DNA of 64,000 nt from Perkinsus olseni (GCA_013115125.1 JABANN010000119.1:1-64000); one strand, 5' to 3'. Numbered from the stretch's first letter, positions 44,788 to 57,723 are shown. The notes: generated by a model not told the origin, from the sequence alone. Program-made: numbers and translations.

Positions 44788-47700
44788 CTATGAACGATTC
44801 TGCAGCGTAAGCTTCAATAGTTCCGCGGGCTGAGCAGCCAGACTACCACCCTCCACTAGTCTAGACAACGACTCTACCATCATCTTCGGTAACTTCGAAT
44901 AATAACTCAGCAACGCCACAGCGACCATTTGAGAATCACTGCTCATCCTGGCTAAGGGCGGCTCGGCACCCCGCACGCCACAGTAAACCGGCGTCAACAA
45001 TGCTTGGATTGAAGAGAACTCATCCTTAGGTTGTTGACTGACCGCACAGAGCTGCCCTATTATTGACAGGACGTAAAGTAGCTCGGAGCCTTCGGGACTG
45101 TGCACGCTCAGATTCCAGGCCAACCGAGGAAGCCGACGCACTAGTGCTGCACGCATGCTATCGGACACCACTCGGTTGCAGATGGATCCTAGCGGGTACT
45201 CCCGCAGAGATGCCGGGGGCTCCTCCACAGCAGACGAGCACATAGCAGCTATCGTTGGTAGAATGTGGAGGAACAGAGAGCTCTCTGGAGCCACTGGATG
45301 CACCTTAGATTCGGCGACCGAGAGGACTCTTGGCAGTTGGCCAGGTGCCCTTCGAGGACCCTTCTTATTCTCACTGGCGGTGCCCTCTACCTCCTCAGCT
45401 ACATCATCGGCTTCCTTCATAGATTCATCATCATCGCTATCCTCAGCCAGGACGGCGAAAGCACCCCCAGAGGCCTTGGAGCGTCGAGATCCCTTGGATC
45501 GTGCCGCTTTCTGTGCCGTATCTGATCAGTCCTCCCATGGAGGTCAATCAAGAGGCACCCCAGTCTCAGTACTACCTCCTCTGCTCTCCGTGGATGTGTA
45601 CCCTTCATCATCCTCCTCCTCTTCAACATCAAGCCCGGCCAGTCGCCAGAGGCCCCTCCGCACGAGCGCGGTAGCCCGAGTGAGCTGACGGAGATGGCCA
45701 ACCTTACGGCTCGGCTGGAGGGCCTTCGTTGCCAGGGACATCCAGGGCCTCAATGCAGCCACCTGCAGGCAGCCGCGATGCAGCCAGCACCCTACGGGAA
45801 CTCTGCTACCTCCCGCATCTCCGAGCTCTTCTTCGCTACACTGGACGATACAATCCGCTCAGCTTGGTTCACCAAGAAGGTTACCACCAGTTTCTGCTCC
45901 TTGGGGAGAAGGTCCGCTTTACCTGCACGCCTCATCAGGACGACAGGAGGGCGCCCAAGCACAACAACGTACTCTCGAGAAGCTGTCCCTTGGCGTAGTT
46001 CAAATCATCGATGAGCTCGTAAAGACTCCGATCTGACGAGGTTGCCGGTGCGCGACAGGGGAACTCCTTGAGAATGGCCTCCACCAGCGGTCCACAGTGA
46101 GTCATCGACAGCCACCCGGTAGCCAATGCAGCATTGGTACTCTGAGGCGAGGCCGTCACTAGGTCACACCGCGAGCAAGCCTACTCACCTGTACGATGAG
46201 AAGACGTCTCCTGGCCAACTCAGCCGGTGACCGAGCTAGACCGGCATTGTTAGTGTCCAGCCAGAGATTGAGAAGCTGCTTAGAAAGCTTGCCGGCCACA
46301 TCACTGGAAAGGGCGGTAGTATGGGAGTGATGATCTCCCGCCGAGGCCCCGAAGTAGGCGGCCAAAGTGAAAGGAGCCCCCCTACCAGTTGTACCTGAGG
46401 GCGAGGTACTTCATCCCATCGACATCGTTATACGACGAGGTCAACTGCGAGGCTTGGAGCTCGAAGGCGCACCTTTCTCAGTGCCTCGCCAAAGAGGTAT
46501 ATAACGCAGTATGAGATGCTCTACCGAAGCCCTAAGGTGTGGGGACGCGCGGAGCAGTGATGCAGGGCCTTCCAGCTGATGTGTTGTCCCAATCAATCCA
46601 AAGTATCCGTACGCTTGGTGGCTGAGCCTTCAGGGCTACGCGAGAAGCACCGCGATACTTCCGAAGTTACAGAACAGAATTGCTAAGCCGGTAGATCCAT
46701 TCCCAGCAGGGTGAACCGACTGTGTTGAATCCTCAGTCCAACGGCAGAATGAGGTCTGCGGTACCGCTCGACGTTTCCCATTATCGTAATACAGCGCGTG
46801 CCCACCCGTTGAAGCCGATTTCAAAGTGTTTCCAAATTTCGATGTTGACAACTCCACAAGGTATCGTGATGCACCGTTCGTCACCCAAGAGCCCTCTCTG
46901 AGTTTCTTCGAATGGATTGTTCCAACCCAGTGTGCGGCATTCGGCGGCACGTCCACAACATTAGGCAGAGAAGCCCATGCAGTACAAACGTCTTGCAAGA
47001 GATCATGTACAAATACCCCCCCCCTTTTAGTACCGCTGTCAGATGGCGACTTATCCGCTGCACGCCTCAAGAGCAAAGCTACACTCTCCAGATTATGGAC
47101 CGTCACCTTCTGACTTGATAAGAACGCCTGGAGTCAGAGACTACACTAGTTACCGCAGAATCAACGCTTCCTACACTCGCGAGCTTAGCAGCCTCGGTAG
47201 GGGGCATGAGGGCATCCTTGGAAACGCCATCACTCTGGGAGAGGATCGAGGCCAAGAACGAGGACGCATCAGCCCGGATCTAGGAAGGAAGGCTGGGTGG
47301 TCGTGCGAAATGCCCTTGAGAGTACCTCAGAGTCAACATGGGTGATGCCAGCTCGGAGCTGAGCACAGAGCAGGCGGGCAAATGGTCGGATATCCTGGTA
47401 GGGGAGTGCGGAGAAGAGGGAGGTTAGGAACTCCGAACAGAGCCTTCTAACGTCACCATCAGCATCACCTGCAGCGGGAAGTGCCTTAGAAAAAGATACC
47501 CTCGCCAGAGCCTACACATGCACGGCGCAACGGTATCAAAGACCTTAGCAGCATCCTCGATGGCAGAGGTGAGACGATGGTCGTGGCTCTCACCCTCCTT
47601 GTACTCTGAAATAGATTCGCACACAGTGTCTAGTCTCACGGAGTCCCCAAGGATTACCTTCGGCAAAGCAGAAGTTCTTGAGGGCCACGAGAGCGTCCCT

Positions 47701-48080
47701 CCTCTTGAAGACGTTGTAGTGGCGCACTTGCGATAGTATTGCCCTGCGACTTCACAATAGGAAAAGATACGCTAACTGCATAGGGTAACCTTAGTTTCGC
47801 TGATGCTCCGGACTTGTCCTCCAGGATGCTCTGTCGGGCAAGGACCACCCGTTTGGCCCGGAACTGGTCAACATTAGTCTGAGATGGGTATCTTCCGAGC
47901 TTGTCCTCCATGAGTCGACAGCCGTTAAGATACGCCCCCTACGACCATTACTACCTGATTCCTCGGTACGACCTTCCCCTTCCCAACTTTCAGTTTCTTC
48001 TTCTCGAAGTCTTTTTTGACGTTTGATCTGCTCGACTTATTTGAGAGGAATCCTCCGCTCTTCTTGGCGTTGCGGACCAT
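44788..48080 (-). CDS. IPI1: Pre-rRNA processing protein Ipi1/TEX10-like (Rix1 complex), multi-exon
   Basis: N-terminus KKDFEKKKLKVGKGKVVPRNQ|TNVDQFRAKRVVLARQSI matches the Ipi1/TEX10 N-terminal signature (DF-x-K-x-KLKVGK...T-x-x-x-F-K/R-x-K-x-I-x-L-x-x-Q); the remainder is HEAT-like. Confidence 0.75.
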
Positions 48081-48565
48081 ACTTGAGGAAGAGGCCCGAT
48101 GGTAAACAAGGAGGACCCTGTGGGCTTTAACTCTCAGCTCCAGCTCAATGCTACCAACACTCAAGTGACCCTGGCGGTGTCTCGGAAATGACAGCTGCCG
48201 GGATCGAACCAGGGACCTGCGGTATGTCAATCGACGCAAGATTCGGTAGACGGTGAAAATCTAAGCGAAAGGGCGAAAATCTAAAGAAGGAGAAAAACTA
48301 AAGAGAAAAAGACCTAGTGGAGTACTGACCGTAACCCCCGTCAACCCGAAGCCCGACTCAGGTCGCCCTTCGGGCGACCATCACCTCAAACCCGAAGGCC
48401 TAGGGTTATAGGTCATAGGTTATCCGAGAGGCAAAAGCGTAATCCCAATCCTCTCCCGGGCGAGCGAGAAGGGCGACTAGGTCTTTAGAAAATGGCAACT
48501 TTCTTTAGAAATATGGTTTTTCCCGCAAGATTCGCTGCATCTGTGAGGTCGGCATTTGTTAAGCT

Positions 48566-51500
48566 ATGCGCGAGAATATCGTCGTGGGCATCAGAGTCCG
48601 ACCTATCAGTGGCATTGAAGAGAGGCAGACTCTCGTGCACCACTTGAAGGAGAAGACCTGCATACAGGTGCCCAACAGCCCTCTATCAATGGCACGGTTC
48701 GACCTAAGATTCTCAAGGAAAGACTCTTTTGTCTCAGACCTCCCCCAGAGACCCCAGCATTCGCGTAACTGATCCACTGAATATCAACTCCCAGCGAGTA
48801 TACTCCTATGACGCCGTGTTCGACTCAAGCAGGTAAGTCTGCCATCTTCAAAAGGGCCAGAGTCCTTCCCTCGGAAAGTCCATGAATTCTCGAAGTCAGA
48901 GAACGGGTGCAGAGATCGCCATCTCTCCTTCGTCGTTTGACACAGCTTATAGTCGATCCTGGCCTCAGTTCGAACAGATGTGCCACACAAGAGGAGGTCT
49001 ATCAGCGCCTAGGCCGGCAGCTCCTAGACCGAGCTCTTGAGGTAGCCATTCAAAAGATCACGTGCTGTGTAGCGGGCCTCTCCCTCGCCAGGGCTACAAC
49101 ACATGTTTGCTGGCGTATGGGGTTGTTGGGACCGGGAAGACTTATTCCCTGCACGGGTAGGGTGGATGGGCCTTGGTACAGCGAACGAGGGTTTATCGCA
49201 GGAAAATGGGAGATGGTGAGGAGGGCATAGTACCTCGCTTCATCAAGGACATCTTCGAACACTCTGAGCAGCTGTACTTATCCTATTACGAGCTCTACAA
49301 CGACAGGCTACACGATCTCCTTCGAACCTCGTAAGCTTTGAGCGGGGTTGCCGGAGTTGGCACGCTGCCTTGCACCACCTCTCAGGGAACACCAGGAAGA
49401 GTTATTGCTGCATCACCATCCCAAGCTGGGGGTACGGTGTCCAACTGCTAGGCTCGGCCCTCTCACAGGTCCTCAGGTTTACATAGAGAACTTGAAGGAG
49501 AGTGCCTGCGATAGCGCTCAGAGTGCCCTTGACCTTCTCAAATTCGGCCGAAAGCTGCGCTCCGCCTCCAACACCAACTTCAACTCCCATGGATCCCGGT
49601 AGGCTCAGCAAAGCCTTCCAACGGCCCAAGGACTGTCTTGGCAGATCACACACTATACTACGCTTACGATTTGAAATCGAGGGCAGGATGCCTACGGCCC
49701 ACTTCGTTGACCTGGCGGGCCAAGAGGACACGAAGCACGGAGAGATGAGCGGCCATAAGTGAATCGTGCATCCCTAGGCGGGGGACAGTCGGCCCACGGT
49801 CTCAGGTTGAAGGAGCTGTCCTTCGTTAATAAGTCTCTGTTCGAGCTGGCCAACTGCATCCATTCCCTCTCCTCTAATCAGCATCATCATGCGGGCCAAC
49901 CGGTGCCCTTCAGAAACAGCAAACTCACACTTCTACTTTCGGGTACGCTGCGCGCTGTATTGACCGGGTACTGTGGCGTATCATTAGATTGCCTCATCGG
50001 CAACTGTAAGACCCACATGCTTGCCACGATATCCCCGGCCTCCGTGGCTTACCATTCTTCGGTCTCTACCCTGAGGTGCAGCCGACCGCTTGAGGTGCCG
50101 CTCAGTCACCTACTCGCTGCCGGCAGATTCGCCTCAACGGTCAAGGGGATAAAATGCAGATGCTTCCCCGTCGAGAAAGGAAACCGCAATGAGCACGTCA
50201 TCAAGCTTGAGGTGGAGCGCTGCTGCTGCGTTGCTGAGCATGTGTCATAACTGCTCTCAGGCAGAAGTCGCAAACCTCAAGGGCCAGCTGGCAGACCTGA
50301 AAGATGCACATCCCGCAGCCGGCCTGTGTGCCAAGGTCCCTCTCGTCAGCATCCGGTCACGCTGAACTAGCTGGGCTTCAGGAGGTCGAGGAGAAGCTTC
50401 GGGCCATGAAGGCAGCTCGTGATAAGTACGACCAGCAGTGGCATGATGCCGTGCAGGAGGCTAGCTCACACAGCGGCCAACGTCTTGGGCTCCTCAAGTA
50501 GGGCGGAGGCATCCTCCTAGTGTTCCGATCATTGGTGCTGCGGCAGGCGGTTGGGCGTGTCGAACGACGCAGAGGAGCCCGTTGACCCCTCCAGTGGGCT
50601 ACTCTACCCCTTCCTGATGGACCTCAGTGATGACGCCTACATCAGTGGTGGAAGATTGCTCTACTTCCTCCACAAGTCATCGACTACTATCGGCAGCTCT
50701 GATATCAATACTATAATCCTCAGAGGTATTCTTGCTCTCCCTTGGACGCCCAGCATCACTGCCGGCCAGGCGCTGGCATGGAGCCCCACATGCTGACTAT
50801 CGACAAGAAGTACGCTCATAGAGACGGAGGGGCTGTAGCAGATCTCCATCTGTCTGCATCGGTTCCGACCTCGTCCTCGAGCAGGGTAGGAGGCCGCAGC
50901 TGACTCGGGAGCCATCCTTGGCTCTGCCAGGTGCTGGTGAATGGTCGTCGGATCCTTTATGGATCGCCCTGTGAGCTGCACCAAGGCGATCGGCTCATAC
51001 TAGGCCATGCAAGAGTGTTTCGTATCGTTATGCCAGCCGATGGTGAGACAATAGAGCATCACTCTCAACTCCACGAGGCCGAGATGAGGGAGGCTCACAG
51101 CAAGGGCCTTCCCACGCCAGTGGAGGTGGGACAAAACCGTACGCCGCGCAAGTAGACCTCGCCGCCTCCTCAGGCTGCCCTTAGCGAGGTAGAGGACGAG
51201 CACTCTGCAGAGTTCAACAGATTGAGGCCCCTCATCCGCCGAGTCCTTGAAGAATCACCGGCCGTGAGTCGGACATCGCCGCCGCTGGGACTCAGTGGGA
51301 GCCTTTCAGGAGCAAGTTGAAGTGTTCCTCAGAAGACTACATCCTGCGTGCTCTCTTGTTGACGAAGCTAATCGGCTCACGCATGAGATCCGCCCGCAAG
51401 TCAGGAGCGGCTTCGTCTGCATTTCGCTTCTCGACTGTAGAGGTGGGCGATAGTACGGGTACGGTCTAGTACGGAGTACGGTACGGGTACGAGTACGGCT

Positions 51501-52860
51501 CCGTACCCGTACTACCCGTCACAGCGGTTCCCAAGTACCGTACTAGTACGCCGTATTTGAAGTACGGCGTAATTTAATACACGTATGCGTTGTTTAATAT
51601 AGTTAATACGTACTAGTTCTCCGTACCCGTACTAGGTTGACAGTTTGAGGCATACTCCGTACCGTACTTTCCTCGACCCCAGTACGGTTGCCCAGCTCTA
51701 CTCGACTGCCCGTGCAGGACAATCTCGTCTTTGAGCTGGCAGTCATCGAGACTGCTGCTCCCGAGAGAAGAAGGAGCGGTGAAGCCGAAGAGGCAGAGGG
51801 GAGTCCATCTCGCCGAGCTGCTCCGCCGCCGTCCTCATCCTCGCCTAGGAAAGCCGAGTCTCCTCGCAAGACCAGGCTGCCAGCCGACGATCCGATCGCT
51901 CCGATGGCGCTCGTCGTCCGTCTCATCCAGAAGCCTCCGCCCGAGGCGGGGACCGAAGTTAGATACGACGCTCCTCGCTAACTGGTCCTCAAGAGGCTGC
52001 TTTCTCAGCAAATGTTCAAGTGGCGGAAGGCCATCAACGATGTTGTCGAGAAGATTCGTGCCAGGAAGCGTCGAGAGCCCCACGCCCACAGCCCGACCCT
52101 CAGCACCAGCGTCCACGGCATAAGTCGAGAAGTATCCTGTTGATACCAAAACATCTCGAGCTTTCCCATCGCGGTGATAGGTTGCCGACCTCCTCGGGAT
52201 ATCATCGAGAGAAGTTGGACCGCTTGATGACGTTCCGGCTGACGGCAGTGGCCATACCAGAGCCGCCGCGGCATTGCCAAGTAAGCATGGATCAACCTTG
52301 GATACCCTTTTAAGTCTGAATACGTCTTAGGCACTTCATGGGAGATATCCGTCTGGTCCTTCGCGAAGTTTGAGCAGCGACTAAGCCAGATTAGGGACAT
52401 CCACCGTGTCACAACCGGGGACCACCCCATCGCCTTCGGTCACTATATCGCTGAGAATCCCGGTAAGCCATTACCGGTACAGCGTCGGTCATCACCATGG
52501 CGTTAGGCAGCGACCCGTGGCGAGACTGGGGCCCACAGTCAGTGTCGGCCATGCTCGACAGAATAGCGGATCTCGAGGCCAGACTGGAGCATGCCCTCTC
52601 CGAGCAAGGGAAGGACGAGCAGGTCACCGCTGCCCGTTTCGACTGTATCTCGTATATGCTACCAGATCCGGGTCCTCCGAGAGCAGGTCACCACGCTGGA
52701 GGCCCAACACCGCGCGAACAGGAGGCTTGAGCTCGGTAGGTCAGTTGTACACTACCGGGCGTCTTTGCATGGCGTTTGTCGTTCAGAGACAGACCTTCGT
52801 GAGATTGAGAAGATAGAGCGGCTCGAGGCCAAGGCTTACACCAGCAAGTATGCAGCATGA
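48566..52860 (+). CDS. Kinesin-3-like motor protein with FHA domain, multi-exon
   Basis: NIVVGIRVRP, YSYDAVFDS, GYNTCLLAYGVVGTGKTYS, ELYNDRLHDLL, HGSR/SHTI, HFVDLAGQE, VNKSL, VPFRNSKLTLLL, THMLATISP; FHA-like VLVNGRRILYGSPCELHQGDRLILGHARVFR. Confidence 0.9.
51438..51700 (+). mobile_element. 263-bp non-autonomous hAT-type MITE, copy 1 (in kinesin intron 51400-51717)
   Basis: TIRs TAGAGGTGGGC / GCCCAGCTCTA (1 mismatch), 8-bp TSD CTCGACTG at 51430-51437 and 51701-51708, GTAC-rich interior. Confidence 0.93.
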
Positions 52861-53010
52861 ACCCAATCACTGCATATGTTGCCTATTTCCTAGTATCCAT
52901 GAGCGTTGACTTCAATCAGTGAAGGCAGTCAAGTATCTCATCGTGATTAAAGATTCAACTCCTTCCCAAAAAGAAGGTCCTTTTGGACTTAGGAGGGGCC
53001 AAGCCTCCAG

Positions 53011-53641
53011 GAGCCGATTAAAGTGCTCTGATTTCCGAGTCCAAGTTCTCGGAAAAGCGGCTTTCCCGAGCTCGGATAAAAACTATGAATTAAAGTGCGT
53101 TCGAAAATCCGAGCTTTTATCCGAGCTCGGAAATGGTGTTACTCGGGTCCGAGTGAGGCAATTTCTCGAGTGTCGATTAAAGTGCTGAGCATTCCGAGTT
53201 CCAAGTTCGAAAAGTTTTCAGGGTTTTTGGACCCCCGGAAATCCAGACCCGAGCTCGGAAAACCCGCAAAACCACTCGCCAACAATAAGCGCTCACTTAT
53301 TAGCGAGATTAGAAAACCATCGAGTATTCGCCAAGAAATCCCGACAGGAAGAAACGCTCCTCGCACGCAAAGATTCCGAGCGTTCCACTCTTTCCGAGTT
53401 ACTCGGGAAACACCTAAATATCGAGTATTTTTCCGAGACCGAGCTCGTGATGCCGTTGAGCACTTTAATTCGGGGAAAGTGACTCGGTCCGAGTTCTCGG
53501 GAAAAGCCCTCGGGAAATCGACTTTTCCGAGGGATCGCACTTTAATCCATGGACTCTCGGAATGGGATTTCCAAGGCTCGGAACTCGGTGACCGAGTACT
53601 TGGACTCGGAACTCGGAAGGCTTCAGCACTTTAATCGGCTC
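53011..53641. mobile_element. 631-bp non-autonomous PIF/Harbinger-type MITE
   Basis: 17-bp perfect TIR GAGCCGATTAAAGTGCT / AGCACTTTAATCGGCTC, 3-bp TSD CAG (53008-53010, 53642-53644), dense CCGAG/CTCGG subterminal motifs. Confidence 0.85.
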
Positions 53642-53645
53642 CAGG

Positions 53646-55961
53646 TCAGAGTCTTAAGATTACGGCCCGCCTTCTCGAGTATGCTGGACCAACCCGCTCC
53701 GTGAAAGAACTAACGGTCAACGCGAGTCCCATACGGATGAAAAACTATTCGGCACCCCAATTGTGCACGGTAGCAGCCAGTCCAAGGACGGCTTCACTGA
53801 TGCCAAGGAGGAACACCACCTGTAAGGCATACAGAGCGGCCTGGGGAGGCGAAGGGTACGTACAGAAGGGACGACAGTCCAATACTTCACGGTGGGAGCT
53901 TCTTGTGGAGCTGATAAGGGCGGAGGGGGCATGAGCTCCTCTAGCATCGGGTCGTTCATGGTCTCCATTGCTGCCTGTTCTATCTCACGCAGTAGAAGTT
54001 CTCGAGCGTGGGCACGGCGTCGGTAGGCGACATACCTGTTAGCCTACCCTTCCTTGGTCTTTCAAGAACCGCGGTGCTCACATCGCAGCGGGCAGGAAGA
54101 GTCCTACAGCCGAGCCTGCCAGGCTTCCGATGAGGGTCAGGACCTTAGGTGTAGTGATTGTGACGGTAAAAACAGAGGTGTTGCTACAGTGCCTAGGGAT
54201 CTCGTCGACAGAGCTGCTAGAGCTACAAAGACCAGGAGGGAGGCTGTGAGGAAGGCGGTGTTCGCGTGCTTCAACGCCGGGATCTGAGAGCAGGACGAGC
54301 CTCACACGGGCCTTGTACGGTGGTACAGACCCTCTCAGTCAGGCTCTCACGGAGGGGTATAATGAGCAGCGGGAATTTGCATCTGATCTCGCAGGGAAGT
54401 GGTCACCACGTTATGTACTGCCTGATATCACATGTTGATGAGAATGACAGCCACTAGGCAAACTTGCAATACCCATTCAGATGACCCGGACCACTCCTGA
54501 AGGGTAAGGCTCCTTCCTACCCACTCGTCACCAACTCCCACAGCCCACCTGGACTAGATTGCTTTTCACTGTGTCCCCGTAGAGAAGATATCCTATAATC
54601 CCCGAGGCGATGTAAAGGGGGGTTGCTACTGCCCATATCGAAGTGTGGATGATGTTATCTGTTAGTAGTAATGGGCCTAGTAGAAGAACGGTCCCCTACT
54701 CATATCAGCGTGGTAACGATGTTTAAGCTCATAGTCAATCTTGAAGATATTGAAGTGCCCAACGTATGATGACAGGACCAGAGGGAAGGAGGCGATGACC
54801 GACCAGAGGCTCTGCGGCCGCCAGAACGACACTGTGGGGGCAGCAGCCTGCGAACCAATACGCGTTGGGAGGAGGAAAACAGCTCACTTCCGCAGTGAGG
54901 ATCATGTACAGCAGAGTAGCAAAGAGGATGAGGGTGCACACGAGGGAACCAGCAGAAACATAGCGGAGGATACTGAAAGGCAGGATGTAGACGAGACGCG
55001 TGGGGTCGGGCAGACCTGAGATCCTTCGTTAAAGTGAAGGGCAGTACTGTAATACCGGTAAGGATGGCGACAACCGCGGGCGACGCCTGTCAAGCGACCG
55101 TAGAGGTGAACGCGCAGCAGTGGTAGACGTACTGCCCCGGGGAGAATCGGCGCAAGGAATGGTGGTGATAGGTCGATAGCGATGACCATCATCGCCATAC
55201 AAGCCCCGACCAGCAACAGCAACTGGGAGAACATGGTACTAGGGGATGATCGATCACTAATCGCACCAGCGTCGTGTTGAGAATCCTCTCTCCTGTCACG
55301 CCGAGGTAGACCTGTGCGTTGCCTTCATACGACCTGACACAGACGGCATACACTACAACTTGGTGCCCAGCCTCGATGCACCTTCGACGACTTTCTCTAG
55401 CGCAGAGCACAAGCCACAGCAGTGTCCTGTCAGTCGCCCACGACGTTATGATTATCACTAGGACCTGGGGCACAGAGGTGGTACGATCTACAGGAAAGAA
55501 TGCACTCACACCGATGAAGACCCCGCAGGAGGCGAATGCCTTGGGCAAGCCGAGCATGCCGGCGCCGATGGTGGTGGCACAGAGATTGAGGACACCTAAG
55601 AGTAACCACCAATCATCCACTTGTGTTCCACTGATGTGAGCAGAGAGTAATGCAGTCCTATTCAAGCACGTTCATTGACGGAATGAGAACTTCATACAGT
55701 GAGGGAGGGGAGGACTAGCGGACGGCCGAACCAATCCCCTAGGTCAGCGAAAGAATTGGGGAAGGAGAGGTATGCAGAGAACATGCCTCGATAATACTCG
55801 TGATTGGAGTGCCGTGGCGGAGGTGTTGCATGTTGTGAGGCCGCGGGGAGTGTATTGTAACCGGTGATATGAAGGTGGGCGACCCTGACGCGGCCCTGCT
55901 GCTCACGCCGAATGGAGGTATCGCTTACCAGGCTCGATGGGGCCGGGGCGTATTTGGTCAT
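53646..55961 (-). CDS. Amino acid transporter (AAAP/SLC38-like, Aa_trans), multi-exon; ends approximate
   Basis: GVLNLCATTIGAGMLGLPKAFASCG, SYEGNAQVYLG, LLLLVGACMAMMVIAID, KVLTLIGSLAGSAVGLFLPA and multiple hydrophobic segments. Confidence 0.85.
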
Positions 55962-56416
55962 CCCCGTGGGTAGCCGTGGCTAGGATCCATGTAGCCTGAG
56001 TACAGGTCACGACGCTACCGCGTACAAAGACAGAGATCCTCTACACTCCGGGGTATCTGCAGCTCGTTGTCATCGTCCTCAGTTGAGTGGAGACTTTCCA
56101 GGTCCTCGGGTCTAAAGAAAGCATCGATGATAGCATTCCGCTGCGGCAGACTTCTCCGAGATCAGGCGATAGCCATCCTATTTGGAACGAGGAGGAGGAG
56201 GAGGAGGAGACCCGAAAAGCCGATGTAACCCACCCTTCTAGTCCTCTGCGACTGTTCGACACTCTGGAATGATCAGTTAAAAACTACCACCCAGTAGGGG
56301 TTCAACCAGCACTACCAAACTACGGGTCTCCCTCACCAACCCTGGTGCATCGCCAAGGCAGTGAACAACACAAGGATGGCTATGCAGAAACATCACGCAT
56401 GGCGACGAGAGGCCAG

Positions 56417-56836
56417 TCACTTTACCAGCTGCCCTCTAGCAGCGCAACACACTTTGCATCTACTGTGGTCAACCCCAGGCTCATCACGGAAGACGGGCGA
56501 CCAATCGACGGGAACTCGGCCGTGACGAACGAACCCTTCAGCGTCGTGAGGGTACTGAGGGAAGGACGCTGCCAGGCTTCAGGGGTACCGCCCACCTCCT
56601 GGAAGCACATTCGGCAGATGCGGCATATTCTAATCGGCAGGAGCTTCTCTTTGGGGTCGTTGATGTCGATGCCTAGCAGTTGGAGATCCTCCTTGAAGTG
56701 CCACACGTAGTCCATACGCTGTTAAGGGGGACTTGACGAGCGGCAGCAGCATGAAGGAACTCACCCAGCCTCTCCACTTGGTCATACCGCACCACCGGCA
56801 TACTCGACGACGGGACTTCTCGTGAGATAAGACCAT
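56417..56836 (-). CDS. Small zinc-binding protein C (RAG1-N/Chapa-like domain), exons 56836-56765, 56718-56596, 56554-56417
   Basis: Hand-spliced: MVLSHEKSRRRVCRWCGMTKWRGW|RMDYVWHFKEDLQLLGIDINDPKEKLLPIRICRICRMCFQE|YPHDAEGFVRHGRVPVDWSPVFRDEPGVDHSRCKVCCAARGQLVK*; phase-0 GT-AG introns of 46 and 41 nt. Confidence 0.8.
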
Positions 56837-57060
56837 ACTCACACAAACACAATGGGTAGGGTGGGCACTACTAGAGCATGCAATTGAGGTGCCTCGATAA
56901 CGTTGTGCGAGAACGAAGTTAAGAACAAGCCCGCCGATAGAGTCGAAAGGAGGTGGAGGTGAACCTTATGCACTACACCGCGCCCGTACCACACGACGAT
57001 GGCAACCCAATTCCAACGCGAGCAGAAACACGAGAGTTAGGCAATATAGTGATACATGAG

Positions 57061-57557
57061 TCAAGCATCCGGTGGGCGTACACCTGAAACAGAAGGGAGT
57101 ATGCAGCTACAGCAGGAGGGAAGTGGGCGGGAGACCTGGCAGCCGTCCCAGTGCAGCCAAACAGACTCGGCATTTGGAATGATCCTTTAGCTGATCTTTA
57201 GGGCTCCCCCAGTCAACCATCGGTGGTAGATTCTGCAGGCATGCTTCTGGATCGTCTATGTTCTACAAAGGCACACGCACAGCATCACGAGGAGCTCGGG
57301 GGAACGGCCTACCATCACCAAGACCACACGACACTTCCGGCATATCTTCTTGGGGTGGTAATACTCGTTATCGTGGTATATGTTATAACTGCATTTCTTG
57401 AGGATTACTTCGAAGTCATCGACCGATGACATACCCTGAGCAAGGTGAGCATGGCGGGAGAGAAAGGGAGAGAGGCTACCTTCCCTCCTCGCCGCCTCGT
57501 CCCGCACCATCGACATACCTGCTCTTGTGCCATTGCGTGGCTCATACCTATTGTCAT
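57061..57557 (-). CDS. Small zinc-binding protein B (RAG1-N/Chapa-like domain), exons 57557-57480, 57435-57313, 57262-57136, (57083-57061)
   Basis: MTIGMSHAMAQEQVCRWCGTRRRGGK|GMSSVDDFEVILKKCSYNIYHDNEYYHPKKICRKCRVVLVM|NIDDPEACLQNLPPMVDWGSPKDQLKDHSKCRVCLAALGRLPG...; phase-0 introns of 44 and 50 nt; the last intron is tentative. Confidence 0.8.
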
Positions 57558-57723
57558 TGTAATAGAGCTTATTAAACCGGCAAGCTTAGGGGTAGAAGCA
57601 GCTAGACCTAGCGCGGAAGGCGGGAAATCTGCTCTCGGAAAGGATTACGAAAGATGCCACCCGAATACCGCAAGTATCCGCCTATTGAAAAACATAGATG
57701 CCCTATGATGCACAAGAAACATC

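Noticed and set aside
51438-51700. GTAC repeats as a CRISPR-like array
   Set aside because: No constant repeat-spacer periodicity; TIRs and 8-bp TSDs identify a MITE in a eukaryotic genome.
53095-53634. 179-aa and 133-aa ORFs inside the Harbinger-type element
   Set aside because: Low-complexity translations of repeated CCGAG motifs with no transposase or Myb/SANT motifs.
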